This document shows, in pieces, positions 28,976 through 43,493 of a DNA stretch of 64,000 bases (positions are counted from its first letter, which is position 1; the number at the start of each line of letters is the position of its first letter). The translations under genes were made by a program, and so were the position numbers. The stretch is taken from contig NW_002060945.1 of the NCBI RefSeq assembly GCF_000150275.1, forward strand, positions 7,330,939-7,394,938, in the 5' to 3' direction. The stretch is from Trichoplax adhaerens. Its lineage: Eukaryota > Animalia > Placozoa. The notes beneath the pieces are model-generated. The model had not been told where the DNA came from, ran no database searches, and saw only the letters and a program-made list of their open reading frames with translations.

Positions 28976-29752
28976 CTATGAAGATGGAAGGAGGCGAAGA
29001 AGCGCCATGGTACACCGGTACAGTGTCAGGTCTAGACTAGCGCCCTATGACTACAATGTACAGTGTACAGTACGGGGTATCGCGCTGTACTGTACACTGT
29101 ACTGTACACGCTTCTCCTATGAAGATGGAAGGAGGCGAAGAAGCGCCATGGTGCACCGGTACAGTGTCAGGTCTACTGTACTGTATGTAGACTAGCGCCC
29201 TATGACTACAATGTACAGTGTACAGTACGGGGTATCGCGCTGTACTGTACACGCTTCTCCTATGAAGATGGAAGGAGGCGAAGAAGCGCCATGGTACAGT
29301 ACAGTACAGTGTCAGGTCTACAGTAGACTAGCGCCCTACAGTATGACTACAGTGTACAGTGTACAGTACGGGGTATCGCACTGTACTGTACACTGTACAC
29401 GCTTCTCCTAGGAAGATGGAAGGAGGCGAAGAAGAAGCATGGTACAGTGTCAGGTCTAGACTAGCGCCCTACTGTATGACTACAGTGTACAGTGTACAGT
29501 ACGGGGTGTCGCGCTGTACTGTACACTGTACACGCTTCTCCTATGAAGATGGAATATGACTACAGTGTACAGTGTACAGTACGGGGTATCGCTCTCTACA
29601 GTACTGTACTGTACTGTATAAAGATGGAAGGAGGCGAAGAAGAGCCATGGTACAGTGTAGCGCTGTCAGGTCTACTGTAGACTAGCGCCCTATGACTACA
29701 GTGTACAGTGTACAGTACAGGGTATCACGGCCTACTGGACACTGTACACGCT
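28976..29752. repeat. Tandem repeat, ~140-bp unit x6 (one truncated), in the NUP205/E2F7-8 divergent intergenic region
   Basis: AAGATGGAA recurs at 28981, 29122, 29265, 29413, 29546 and 29621. Several units contain an internal inverted repeat GTACAGTGTACAGTAC...GTACTGTACACTGTAC. Confidence 0.93.
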
Positions 29753-29774
29753 GCATCCATTCATCAAGGCTTGT

Positions 29775-29834
29775 GATTGGCTGCAATTTAAATCATTCAC
29801 GCCTGCGCTGTATCCACCGTCTTTTCGCGCGAAT
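29775..29834 (+). promoter_or_regulatory. Candidate E2F7/8 promoter module: inverted CCAAT box, CHR-like TTTAAA and palindromic E2F site
   Basis: GATTGG at ~29775, TTTAAA at ~29787 and TTTTCGCGCGAA at 29822-29833, about 830 bp upstream of the E2F7/8 ATG. Confidence 0.55.
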
Positions 29835-30662
29835 TCTCAAAAAACCAGTCAAGCGCCAACGGAGCTTGACTGGTTTTGATGATGCATAATAATACACAAA
29901 CTAGACTGAAGGCAGTCTCGACTTGTTACTATCCATGTACTCAGTCATGAGTGCATAGGACAGTGGAATCGGTGTTTTCAAGCCAGCTTTCCTGCATTTC
30001 ACCACCATCACACAGCTCGACTTCCCTCCATTTACCAACAGCTTCCACTTGCACCATAGTAATCCACTACAACTGGGGGGCCTAACTCGGCTTTCCATAT
30101 TAACTATAGAGCGAGTGGTCGATTTAATACTGAGTTTGCATTGAGCTGCAGGCGTGGATTTCCTTCATCGCGATTAGGGATTGCCAGATTAATCCACTCT
30201 AAATCAATCCATAGGTTCCTTTTTCTTCTCTTTCCAGTGGATCAATGCTATTGCTACAGCTTGACTTATTGGTAATTGAGTAGAGAACGCAAACTTCATC
30301 CACTGAAACGACAGAATCATCGTGCTGACCAAAGTTGAGTTGTATCGCGCCAAGAATCCATCGATCGCGAGTAGGCGATCCAATTGATATCAACATCCAT
30401 CAACGCTCGCTTTTACAACACAATATGATACTATCAATTGCCATTGGATATTAGAGTTTGCATTCTCTCTCTCTCTGTCAATTGGTCGACTACAAGCGGA
30501 ATTAGAGATCCTTTTTCCTCCATTAACTTTGCACATCCAGCTGAGTCGACAACATCGCCGTCGATAGACTGTACTGTAGTAGGCGAGATTAGGCTAGCAT
30601 TGATTGTCTAAACAACATTATTCAGCTCCAATTGGAAATCGTCTTCTACTTGCTAAAGCGCA

Positions 30663-33600
30663 ATGTATACCAATAATCCAGTACAAGATCCTATCCCGAT
30701 GCCATTGGCACAGGATAGCAATTTATCTTATCGTTTCACCAACACCACCATGGCATCGTGTAGTATCGATGCTATCAACAAATGCTCTTCACCAACGCCA
30801 ATCAGCACATCGTTACAAGAAATCCCGCCAACCACACCGGAAAAAAGTATTCGTCGTGCTGAGGATATTACTGTACCATTGACGCCAACTGCCAATTTGA
30901 AAATGTTGGCATCTGCTGTCAGCCCAGTTTTGAGAAATCGTGAAGAAAGAAAGCGTCTTTTCACTGAATTGCAAACTTCTAGTAGTAATTGTTCAGAATC
31001 AGGAGATTCAACAACAGAAGCAAAATCAACCACTTGTTTTAATAGAAAGGAAAAATCGCTAGGCTTGCTATGTCAGAGGTAGGGTATTGCCAAGGATCGA
31101 TAACCTTTTCAAAATTGCATCTTGCTTACATTTATAAAATGGGGTCAATCCAATGATTCAACAATACTTTTCCTCTCCTTTCATCCTTCAACAGTAAATT
31201 ATAAATTAACTTTGTGTTCCTGTAGGAGACGACATTCCCAACCTACTGTACAGTTTTCCATCATAATCACCATTGTAAAAAACTTCCATTTCCAATACCA
31301 TTTCATACACACCCTCAATCTTAATAATTCTTCGCCAATGTTGCTATCCACTCTTTCATTACATTACAATATTGCTAAAATTGCCAGTGTCCATGAATAC
31401 TCATGCAGTAATGGATTCAAATTTACACACAAATAGGCCAAATTCTATGCGGACCGTACAATAATAGAAAAATACCTAGTCATACAGTACTCAACACAAG
31501 CATGACTGTTCTTCTACGTTAATTTGATTCTTAGAGAGAATGACTTTTTGCACCCGTAGATGTAGTACTGCAAATGTATTCAGACAAATCCCATGAAATT
31601 GATTTGGACTATTCTTTCCATCTAGGCTACAATTGATCGTCATACTACACTTTTTATTCGTGATATACTGTACGTATAGCAATGGTACGTTTTTTCATAA
31701 TACAAACATCAAGTAGCTAGTAAAAAGAATGTCAAGATATCCCCAAGTCGTTGATTTTCTACTGACGATGTTGCAATCAATAGTGGCGTTCGAGGTATAA
31801 AGGAAAGCATTGCAGTGTAATGCTCGCCTCAATTTACTTTGAATTCATATTGTCCAATATACAAAACTGTAGGTAGTTGCACATGATACTACATAAAATG
31901 ATAGAAGACGTATTTGCAACTCAAAGCTAAAGGCATATCTTCCATCCTAGACTTCCTTTCATACTACACCCGCAGTATACAACAGTATATCGATGATTAC
32001 GCAGCACTATAAAAAAGTAATCAATTAATCAGATGGATCTGTCTAATGCACTGCGACTTAGCCGATACAAAATAAAGACGATACTATTAATAAAACTCCT
32101 GTAAAGGATATTACACATCATACCTGTCTGCTTTCTAAACAATGATTTGCTATTTCTAGATTTTTAGCACGTTATCCCGAAAATTCAGTTCCAGGACAAG
32201 AAATTGAAATTTGTTTAGATCATGTAGCGAAGGAGCTCCGTAAGTCTTTATAATGTAATAAAATAGTCAAGAAAAATAACAACATATAAATAAAGTTGGT
32301 CTCAATTTTTTAAAATTACACTGGCTGGGTACTTATAAATTTGAATTTTCCTGATATAGAGGTGGAACGGCGAAGAATCTATGATATTGTCAATGTACTG
32401 GAAAGTGTAGAAATCGTCAGTCGATTAGGAAAGAATACCTATGTTTGGCATGGAAAAAGGAAAATTGCATCCAATTTAGCCAAATTAAGGGTAAAGATTT
32501 ACGATACTGTACAAGACCTCAATCATAATATCACAATAGTACCGCTAACAATGATATTCTTATAAAAATGATTAATCTTTGCTTTTTGATCACTGTCACA
32601 CTTGGTGTAGATGTATTTATACTTTTTTAGTATTTTAAGTATGACCAATAAATGCCGTTATGCCCTTATTATTATCATCATCCATTATAATCATACCTTT
32701 GTGAATTATTCTAGGCGCATTTGAAACCTGCAACGCAAGGATTGCAAAACATAGATTTTAGTAACATCAGTTTTAGGCAGGAAATGAATGTAAGCTATTG
32801 AGAAAGTATTTCAAAGAGCATTTTGAATCTATAAACGTACATCTGTTTGATATAGCTTAATATCTATTTCTTATATTTTAGCTTTCAAAGAAACTTTCTC
32901 CAATGGAAGCTAAAAAAGATTCTTCCAGTGCTAGAAAAGGTACTGATACAACGTTCACACTTATGCCTTATATTGTTGACATGTTGTATTTGGAATTCAT
33001 CATTGCTTCTTAATCCATCAATCATAACTGACCTAAAGAATAAAAGATAATCTGTTTTTCGCTTTGATTGATACGTAGAAAACGCCCGTAAAGATAAATC
33101 GTTGGGGATGCTAAGTCAAAAATTTATCATGATGTTTATGGCTTCCGCGGTAATTGCCAATATACGAAATAGGATATCGTTGAGTAATTATTTTCGGCCT
33201 TTAATGACAAATTGTGTCATTTTTTCGGAAACAGACGGAGATAGTCACCTTAGATGAAGCAGCACAGGTCCTAATCGGGAAGCAGCCAGCCGAGAAGGAC
33301 TCGTCTAAATTTAAAAGTAAATTGTTGTTCTTTAATAACATGATAACGATGGGTAATAATGTATGTTTAGCTTGGTCAAGTGATGATAGTTAATTCTCTT
33401 GTGCTATGTTCATAGCTAAAGTGAGAAGACTGTATGACATAGCCAACATTTTATCAAGTCTTCGGATGATTGAAAAGACTCATGTAACTGAATGCACAAA
33501 GGGAAAGAAACCGGCGTTTAAATGGATAGGACTTAATTTCAGTACGCTTCCAGGTATGGTTACCGTTAATGATTTTACTTTACAGTGTCAATTATCAGTT

Positions 33601-35414
33601 GCAAGCTTTCTCATCCAGTAGGTAGTGCTCTTTGTACTAACAAATTTTATTAAAAGTAGAATTCATTGAAGTAGTTTACTTTATAGTATTCTGATGAATA
33701 AGCAAGATCGGTTACTTCTTTCAGACACCGAGAAGCCATATAACGCAATGAATAGCCCAGAACGCGCTGCCGTACAGTCATTAAGATATTTATCTGCAAG
33801 GAATGCAAGATCTGATGTCATTGTATCGACAAAATCTGTTCTACTGCCGCGTACTAATATCATGGATTGTCCGAAAAAGCATGAAAAGCCCACAACGCCC
33901 AATTTGCTAGACAGTAGTAGAATTAGCAATCGCGAGGATGATACCGAAAACAACCCTGAAAGGTCTTATATAACACATCTTAATAGGGAAAACTCAAGCA
34001 AGAGAATAAAACTAGGTATGGATGGAGCTGTAAGGCAATATGCTACTAGTGACTACATAGATGTCAATCTTTGCAGTATATATTGTGTGGTGGAGGTTTG
34101 TAGATTAATGCTTTTCGTCTTTAACAGTAACCTAACATTGCATTCTAAAATTTTTATCATTTTCTTTCTTTAATATCATAAGATCCAAGTAATTACCGCG
34201 GCAGTCCTCGAAAAAGAACGCAATTCGGCTTTGAAGGTTATTCAATAAAATAGTAATATAACAGTGCAGCTTTTATTTATATGCTACAGTGTATTAGCCA
34301 TGATTTGCGTAGAAAATTACGATAAAGATATAATTGATCATAATTATTGTAATTAATGATATAATACAGTCTACATATATTTGTGCTATAAACCTAAGTA
34401 TTGGTTTCATATGTACGCGTCTACTGCATTTTATATTCACAAAGACAATTAACTTTCAATGCATTCGCATGTTATTAGATTTGACTAACACTCAATCCGC
34501 AGTTTCTCCGAATACAACTTGGTATACTACTGCAACTCAAACTTATCCTACTGTGGCTCTGGCACCAGCAACAGATTTACTGATGACAAATGTTCCTACC
34601 CAACAACGAACTGATGTAGATCTACAGAATGGTAAGTTTGATATTGATGTGGTACACTTACAGTATATGTAATGGGTTTAAATTGACAATACAATTTATC
34701 TTCTCTGAAACTAGTGTCGAATAAAAGTTGGACAAGCAGTAACAATAATAATAGTGGTAGAAATAGTTCAAGTCCTACGACAAGTTGGGATAAGATGACA
34801 GGAAACAGTAATACTGATAATAACTATTATGTGCTCTTTGTATTGTGTGCCTCTTTAGTTAACGTATAGGATTAAATTAAATTGTTTTAAAATTACTTTT
34901 AGGAAGAGAATCTAGCAATCTGCAAGCCTTACCAACTACAAAAGTTGCAACAAGGCTTTCTCCTTGGCGTTTAGCTCCAGTGGTTACCGTAGGATCGCAT
35001 TGCTGTTTTATTATTAGCGAGCCAACCGCTACTGCTGCAACGTCAGGTACACCTATTACTGCTATCCCGCAACAAATATTGGTAACCGATTCTGAAGTTG
35101 TGAAAGCCATGTCCAATCGTGGTATAACTACTTCTGCTAGAATAGTCAATCCTCAATTAACGAATAATCCCATGCTACCCGTCCACATTACGACAGTGGA
35201 TAGTGGCTTAGCGGCATCTCTCCAGCCGAATTATTATAACTCCATACAGCAAACAATTAGTAGTAATAACAGCTCTTCATTGCAAGTCGGTAGTCGTTTT
35301 GAAAGCCCTCAACATCACAGAAATAAACAAGCAGATGGTGCATCTCCTACTATTAGCGATTGCAATGATAGCTCTAGAAACAGGGGTTGTAACAATGGTG
35401 AAAGAAAACAGTAA
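30663..35414 (+). CDS. E2F7/8: Atypical E2F transcription factor (E2F7/E2F8 family, two DNA-binding domains), multi-exon
   Basis: Family motif [17 protein letters not shown]1 is [18 protein letters not shown]...[18 protein letters not shown]2 is [13 protein letters not shown]...[15 protein letters not shown]...[10 protein letters not shown]. The start codon and low-complexity C-terminal exons (stop at 35414) are less certain. Confidence 0.92.
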
Positions 35415-36804
35415 TATTATTATGAGAGATACCTGCTATATTAGTTTTATTCTATGATTATAACTAGTGTTTGACTTGGACTGAAAATGAACTTAATAAT
35501 ATCTCTACTACGTAGCCTGGATGGAGTTATTTTCGCTCGCTATTTTGATGGTGATGATAGAATTATGAGGATATTTTTTGGCAACAATTCACTTCCACGT
35601 AAAACTGTTTACAATGCACACTTTACCCTTGAAACTATATAAGATCTAGAGCTAATATTTTTTATAGTTGAAAATTTTTCTATCGATTTTCTGATGGATG
35701 TCCTCACGCTTATAATACAGTACTTTTGATTTTTATAACATTTTTGGAATAATTCTATTTACATCCTGCTAATGAAAGCGGAACTCTAATGTATGATAAC
35801 TTGAAACATAATAAATGTATGAGCTTACATATGTGTACGGCTTGGGATATTTCGTTGTAGATTACTCTCCTTTAACCTTTAACAAGAAAAATAAAGGATG
35901 GGATGATGAATAGTACATTACCTGCGTGTTTACGCCAACGCGGCGTTATTTCGATCTTGAACTCTTGTTGATTATAATAATTATTATACGCGTATTATTG
36001 CCTAATTTTGGGTCCATAGATTGTTTGTAATGTACAGTAGGTCTGTTCAAGGTCGCGTTTTATTTTTCATGTTAATTCAACCCTAAGAGAAAATTAGGAT
36101 GAGAGCGGTCTAGCGGCCTTGGTGAATTAGTACGACGTATCATTATTGGATGGAAAGCAGGGTTATTAGTCCTTGATTCTTCCATAAAATTTATCCATTT
36201 AGGAAGCTTGTGAAAACAGATCCAGCTTTCTATTCCAGACCACCTAGACTATTATACTTTGGTAATAAGCTAGTTGGATGCAGTAGTGTAAAGTTAGGCC
36301 CTAAACTCGCAAGATCTCTATACGCGAAAATCGACCTGCTGTAAGTAAACAAATAAATCAAAGCGCAAACTGATGTAATGGGCGTGCTCAGTTTCGGTCC
36401 GATGATTTTGGTAGGTGGTGCTGTTGGCTTCTAGAAGTGACATGATTTTTGCTACTGGATATCATAATCGATCAACTCAGTCACTCATTGCTAGACTGCA
36501 CTAATAATATGGTAGTGTCTTTTCTCGTCGTTAACTTTGCATGATTAGCAAAATTGATGTCATCATTGTGGTTTCAAGACTACAGTACCGCACTGTCGTT
36601 TTGGTTAATGTCTCCAAAAATAAAATAAATGATCATGTACAAATCAAAAGGATGTACACTTGTACAGTACTGTAGAATGTATTTGTCATATTTTGGAGAT
36701 ATTTAGACGGCCAGAAGCACCGTTCATGATTCCATGTTTATTCCTTTTTAGAGTCAGGCAAGTACAGAAATCCTCAGTCTAATTGTTCAATTTTAGCAAC
36801 TTGG

Positions 36805-37637
36805 CAAAATTGATGTTTTGGCCATAGTCTAGTTGTGACCATGTAGTACCAGAGAATGGAAAAAATATTGTTGCTCAAATGCTCAATACACCGCCACCGA
36901 TACACCTACTGTACTGTGCTAGGCTGAAACTGGAGTATAGTAAGCTGTAGTTCTAAGTCCATATTGCATAAATTACTTCTACTAATTTATCCAAAATGGC
37001 TAGTCTCCGATCATGAACTTGGAGACACTACAGTTTGGTGCCTGGCACCTTACTGCTTTAATAATGCACACAGCCATTCTGCAGACTACAGTACTAAAGA
37101 AGGTCTTGCAAAATTGATGTCTTGGCCATAGTTTCGTTGTGACCATGCAGTACTAGAGAATGGAAAAAATATCAGCAATATTTTTTTAAAATATTGCTGC
37201 TCAAATGCTCAATACACCTACTGTACTGTGCTAAGATGGCTAGTCTCCGATCATGAACTTGGAGACACTACAGTTTGGTGCCTGGCACCTTACTGCTTTA
37301 ATAATGCACACAGCCATTCTGTAGACTACAGTAGTAAAGAAGGTCTTGCAAAATTGATGTCTTGGCCATAGTTTCGTTATGACCATGCAGTACTAGAGAA
37401 TGGAAAAAATATTGTTGCTCAAATGCTCAATACACCTACTGTACTGTGCTAGGCTGAAACTGGAGTATAGTAAGCTGTAGTTCTAAGTCCATATTGCATA
37501 AATTACTTCTACTAATTTATCCAAGATGGCTAGTCTCCGATCATGAACTTGGAGACACTACAGTTTGGTGCCTGGCACCTTACTGCTTTAATAATGCACA
37601 CAGCCATACTGTAGACTACAGTACTAGAGAAGGTCTT
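36805..37637. repeat. Tandem repeat, 240-303-bp unit x3, upstream of MON1
   Basis: GCAAAATTGATGT.TTGGCCATAG starts at 36805, 37108 and 37348. The middle copy has an internal deletion. Each unit has the palindrome GGTGCC-T-GGCACC and AARATGGC. Confidence 0.93.
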
Positions 37638-38059
37638 TTTTTCGAGTCGTCGCAGACACAGCACGTTACACGCATGGGCAGTCGTGCACACCACCGTGAT
37701 ACTGCACTAACGACTTCCTTCATGTCTTAATACACGGTTGGTGCTGTAGGTGGAGGCACTCCCAGCTCATCCATTTGGCTGAATTTCAATGTGGCTATTG
37801 GCCGGTTGGCTTTCTATTTTCTGTTGGCAAATTCAGTAATACTACGGAGATTATCGCTTCTATTTTCACCATTACCCATTTTCAACGACATCGGTTGTAG
37901 TCTGATAACTTGATTTGAATTGATTTCTTACTCGATCATCCAAGTGTATCATACTATCAATTCGACGCTTACGGTAGTGCACCAGTTAGCAGCCATTAAT
38001 AATATTTATAGACAAGAGTTATCGAGGCGGAAAGTAGTTGAGATAGATCGAATCGGGAC

Positions 38060-41000
38060 ATGATGGATGCTGCTAACCAAGATATATCAAGCGAGAACCT
38101 GGCCACAGCTATAGCGAATACATCACTAGCTGTAAGCGATCAAGTGACAGGCCAAGAAGTTGGTAACGATGATAGGTCAGCTATACATGGATATGACATA
38201 ACGGATAAACTTTGCATCAATAGTAGGACAGCTCCATTTATGCCATCAATTCTAGAACCATCAAGGGATCCGTTATGAACTGTGTACTATTGCAATCCTC
38301 TATTGATTAATTATCGTTACTACGTCAGTCAGACTATTACCGTAGAATGTTACTCATAAAGAAATATTCAAGGCTATACCACATTTCTACTGTCAATCGA
38401 TTTAGTACTATGTCATGAACGCTATCGAGCCTGCTCATTTCAATTGATCGCTGAAGGTGATGGACTAGATATCACTGCCATACGCTTCTACAGTAGTAGT
38501 AAAAGCTACCTACTTACGGAATCATATATCATACACTCCATAACTTTTAAAATCATACAGAATTATTCAAGAAAATGATGGCTTCTAATCGGAATGGTCA
38601 TAAAAATGAACTTGATACAGTACTGTAGTGTTAATGAATACTGTAATATTGGTTATCAATGTAATCATTATCTATCTAAGCGATCGAATAGTACAGTATA
38701 TCTCAATTTTAATAACTCCAGGCTGTAACTGTATCATAGTATTGTTCTAATGCTATTAGTACGATCTTCATTTGCGGTTTAAATTTGATTATTTACAGTT
38801 CTACCACTGCCTTATTCTTTACTGGATCCATCCTAGATAGCCAGAAGCAGCCGGAAGAGTAAGTTATTGACGCAGTATAAAATACAACATCTGCTGATAT
38901 CAAAACTGCTTATCTGCATTTTCATAGCGGTTTCATTTTTCATACAGTCAGTAAAATGGATAAATTTACAACTTGATAACATGGCTTTGATCGAAGTAGT
39001 CTAACCAGTATTCCTAATCGCCAATACTACAGTATACGTATTGCAGGTGTAATAGCAAAGTATTTCAATTACAGCTATTCAAACATGAATAAATTTTAAC
39101 AGATTATACTCATTTTGTCCCGATCATCGCTTTTTATACATCCTACACGGTAGTATTATATTAGATATTTTGACGGTGTTATTATAATCTAATGCTCATA
39201 TAATCGAGAAGATGGACATGATCATTTCTTCTTTTCTTATCTGCCCCTTAGCCAAATAATAAAGATCTTACTGTATTCATGAACAGTAATTTCGCAATAG
39301 ATTTAACTTCATAATCATTGTATAATCACTGTACTGTATAATGATGTCGATTTCCTGCATGTTGCCTTGAATACTGCGTCTTATCTAGGTAGTAATTAAG
39401 GTTCTATGAAGCAATGTAAAAATTTCTTATAACAATATTCATAATCATTATTGTGCATTGTATTAAGCATTGATACTTCTTTCTGGTTTCACGAAATGTA
39501 GCAGTGAAATTACTTTAACAAGTCATGGCAATGTCAATTTTGCTATACAAAGTGATCAAGAACATGAAATGGATGGCTTTATCCATTCTAATGAAGGTAG
39601 CAATAAATTTAACCTTTTATTTTTAGTTAAATTTTATTGGTATAAAATCAGCTTCATTGGACTTTGATGGTTAGATTTATTAACTATTGAATGATTACGG
39701 ATAGAAATAAGGTATTATTTCTCTCTTATTCTTGATAAAATAGCTGCTATTATTCGTAAGCAAGGAATGACTATCGGTAAGGCCTTATTTTACATAAAAT
39801 TACTGCACATAAACAATTCGGTAATATGTGTAGTTCTATGTATTGGTGCTTTGCCAGCAAAGAAACAATTCTTTGTTTTTTTACGTTGATCCTGATAGAC
39901 GTTAGTCATCCCGACTGGAGTAAGATTAATAAACATATATTTATACTAAGCGAAGCTGGAAAACCTATTTATAGCAGGTTAGAATTTTTACAAGCCAAGT
40001 AAAATACATCTCTTGATTCGTTTTCAATTACAAACTCTTACAGTACCTATACTATTATGCTTATTTACATACTTAATTAAAAAAGTAGCTGTATAAGCGT
40101 ATTTGTGAGTAACAATATCGTAGAAAATATCGTTGAGTATTATTGACAACAAGGGATGAGAATCGTAGGTATTGAGAGTGATTAAGCTTGTTATTTTTAT
40201 ATTTCATATATGTAAATGTTTGCGTGACAGATTAGATGGTGTGTCGATAATGCATTCGTTTAGTAAACTATAGAACCGTTAATTCTGAAATTATATATGA
40301 TACAGTAATTATTCTTACTTCAAATGACAAAGTATACTATTAAAAATTTCAACCTACTGTAGGATGATGAACACTCGTCTACTACTACGTATACGATTAC
40401 CGCTACAGCTAAAATCTTAATTGAACTTGCTAATATACTAGCGAAATGAGCCATAGGATATGATATTTGTACTATGCAACATTGTTAGTTTTCCTTGCAA
40501 TTGCTATTCAAAACATACATTTCGAGGAAATTTCTCACCGTTAAGAGTGACTTATCGGGATCAACAATCCGCTATAGTGACACTATTGTCAATACGGTTA
40601 ATATCGCCTCTTTCCATATAAAATCCTAGAACTATTCCAATAGTGTAATCATATCTAAACCGTATAATAGTCGATAGTAATGTCAGCAATCATACAATAT
40701 CATTTAATCATTCTAATATAATGGCAATCTAATCATGATAATCGTTCTTATCGTCTTGTTTATCCCATCTCTCAGTAATGAAAATTATATTGCAAAAATT
40801 ATTCGTGATTATGTGATACATATTGAAATACTTACAGATACGGAAATGAAGAGAAATTGGTGACAATTATGGGTGTCATGCAGGCATTGGTCTCTTTCGT
40901 TCAAGATTCTGATGATACGCTACAGTACTGAATTACTGTGTCTATTTCAATTTTAAACTCGTGAAAAGATTCTAGATTACAATTTAATAAGTACATTTTC

Positions 41001-43493
41001 TTCTTTTGTAGGTCTTTGGTTGCTGGTAATCGCAAGTACGTCTTTCTTGTTAAAGGCCCCTTGATTTTAGTAGCCGTGTCTTCATTGGAAGACTCCGTTC
41101 CACAGGTTTAAATAATATTTTTTGACGCCTGTCTATACAAATAGCGAAATAGATAACAATTTAATTGAATATTATTGGAGAATTTTAAAGATTATCATAT
41201 TATTCTTGATTTTATAGCTGCAATTACAATTAACATATGTTTATCATCAAATATTGAGCGTTTTAACTGGTGCTCAATTGGAAAAGATTTTTGAACAATT
41301 ACGTAATTACGATTTACGAAAATTACTCGGAGGTTCGTCTAGTTGTTGTAAAAAATTGATTGAACTAAACGGCTAATGTGTGTGATCATTGTTTACAGGA
41401 ACGGAAAAATTTCTGCATAATTTATTAGATATGATGGACAGAGATCCGAGCTTTTTTCTTGAATCGGTCTGTACTTATTGCTGTTCAGTTAGCTTTTAAA
41501 ATTGGTGTTTGACTTTATTTAATATTCTATATAATGGATACTTGTAGGTACAATGTCTTCCAATACCGGTTCACTACAGGGATAGCATCGCCAGTAGTTT
41601 GCAGCATGCCAAGACTAAGGTATAATGGAATTGTGATGCAATGATAAAAATTACCCTATTATACTGAGCATAGTAAATCTTTCCTTATTACATTCTTGTA
41701 GAGTTTGGTCTTTGCGATTTTGATTACAGAAAATCAATTGATAACGCTTGTTAGACCTAAAAAATACAATTTACACCCTGCAGGTATTGAAATATATTAT
41801 ATGTATACGACGAATACAATCTTAACGATTACTTGCACCACTTATTGAATACTATATACGAGTAACTTTAAGTTGGAAATGGTTTAAAATAATGTTTGTG
41901 TTAAAATAATTCTTTTAGATTTACACTTAATAATCAACCTGGTTAATGCATCAACATCATTTCAATCTTGTGAATCGTGGCTACCAATTTGTTTACCAAA
42001 ATTTAATGATAGGTGATACGAAAATTTTGTATTATCAAAAGGATTAAATATAGAGTATTGTTACATGGTATCGATAGAATAAAGGGATTAAATTAAATAG
42101 CTCGCATTCTTTCTTAAAATGAAATTTAGTGGGTACCTTCATGCGCATATTTCCTATCTTTCGGAGGAGTGTCCAGCCTGTCTTGTTCTTTTATCAACCG
42201 ATAAAGATGCATTTTATGAATTAGCGGAAAGTAGAGAAAAGATCATCAAGGTATTTATTGTACTAACCTGTAGAAAGGTGCTTAGTGGAAATATTCTATG
42301 ATTTACAAATGCTACTTTGCTAATATTTTTGGCTTTTTTTTAGCGTTTAACGGTAAAGAGCAATTGTATTCCGGTTATAAGTGAAGCTATAACTACGAAT
42401 AAATACGGCCTGGGTATATAAATTTAGTTATTAAAATATCAAGCATTCACGTAATTAATTGATGGTTTCTCACTGCTTAAGATTACATTATCGGCAGTGA
42501 AATTTGGCACTTTTTATACAAAAGTAAAACCTATGGCCAATTTGTTTCTCCGAAATGCAGACCACCATATAATACTGTAGAAGAACAGACACGGTATGAA
42601 ATAGTATCAATATAACTGCTGTATTGAATAATAATATTTCTAGAGTTATTTCTCAATCATAACTTATCGTACAATGTTAACCTTTCAGATTACAAGAGCT
42701 TTACAAGTACCTCCACCATCGTATGCATGCTAGTGCAAAGCCTTTAAAACTTGTATATCGCCTAAGAAGTCAAGAAGCCTTGCTAGGATGGGTATGCTCA
42801 TTTTATTTAACTCCATGCGTATAAGCAGGAATAATTTGAGATCAGAGTAACAGTTTTGATTGATTACTGAAAGTTTGCATCTGATATGACATTTTTTGAG
42901 TTTAATTTTAATACAAATTTAATATTTCTGGTTGTTTTTTGTCTACCCAGATAAAATATGGTAGTTCAAAATTTAATCATAGCTCGTTGTAGGAAGGAAG
43001 AATTTAATGATACAGTATTTTAATCAGTCTAGAGTAATTACTTCATTAATGCCGAAATGTTTCATAGAATTAACGTTATACAAGATATATTAATACTGTA
43101 CTACTACATTTAATTCTGTGTATTGCTTTGATTACTTGTTCACAGCTTAAGTTTTCATTTCTAATTAATGATAGTAAATATTGTATTCAAACTTTTATTA
43201 GATATCCGAAACTTTTGAACTGTATGCTGTCTTCAATCCATTAGTGAGTAAAACTGTTGCAATCGGTAATGTTAAGAGACTGATGGCAATTATAAAAGTA
43301 AGTGTAATACTGGTCACCATCTTTATTCCTTCAATAAAGTACTCGTATATAAATAATATATACTCTATATGTATATAGTAGATACGTATACCAACAGTAT
43401 GTGTTGAAGAAATGTGTAACTATGTTTTTTTATTTTCAAATTATTTAGCAAGAAGAAGATAAATTATTCATAGTCAATGCACGAACTTTTTAA
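38060..43493 (+). CDS. MON1: Vacuolar fusion protein MON1 (Rab7 GEF subunit), multi-exon
   Basis: Motifs [64 protein letters not shown] and ESWLPICLPKFN. The last exon QEEDKLFIVNARTF ends in TAA at 43491-43493. The N-terminal small exons join in consistent phase. Confidence 0.93.

Noticed and set aside
28105-29889. Numerous short ORFs rich in Y/C/T/V/S
   Set aside because: They are translations of the TACAG microsatellite and tandem repeats, with no protein-like features.
35800-36600. Possible extra small gene between E2F7/8 and MON1
   Set aside because: Only isolated splice-like sites were seen, with no coherent ORF or recognisable domain.
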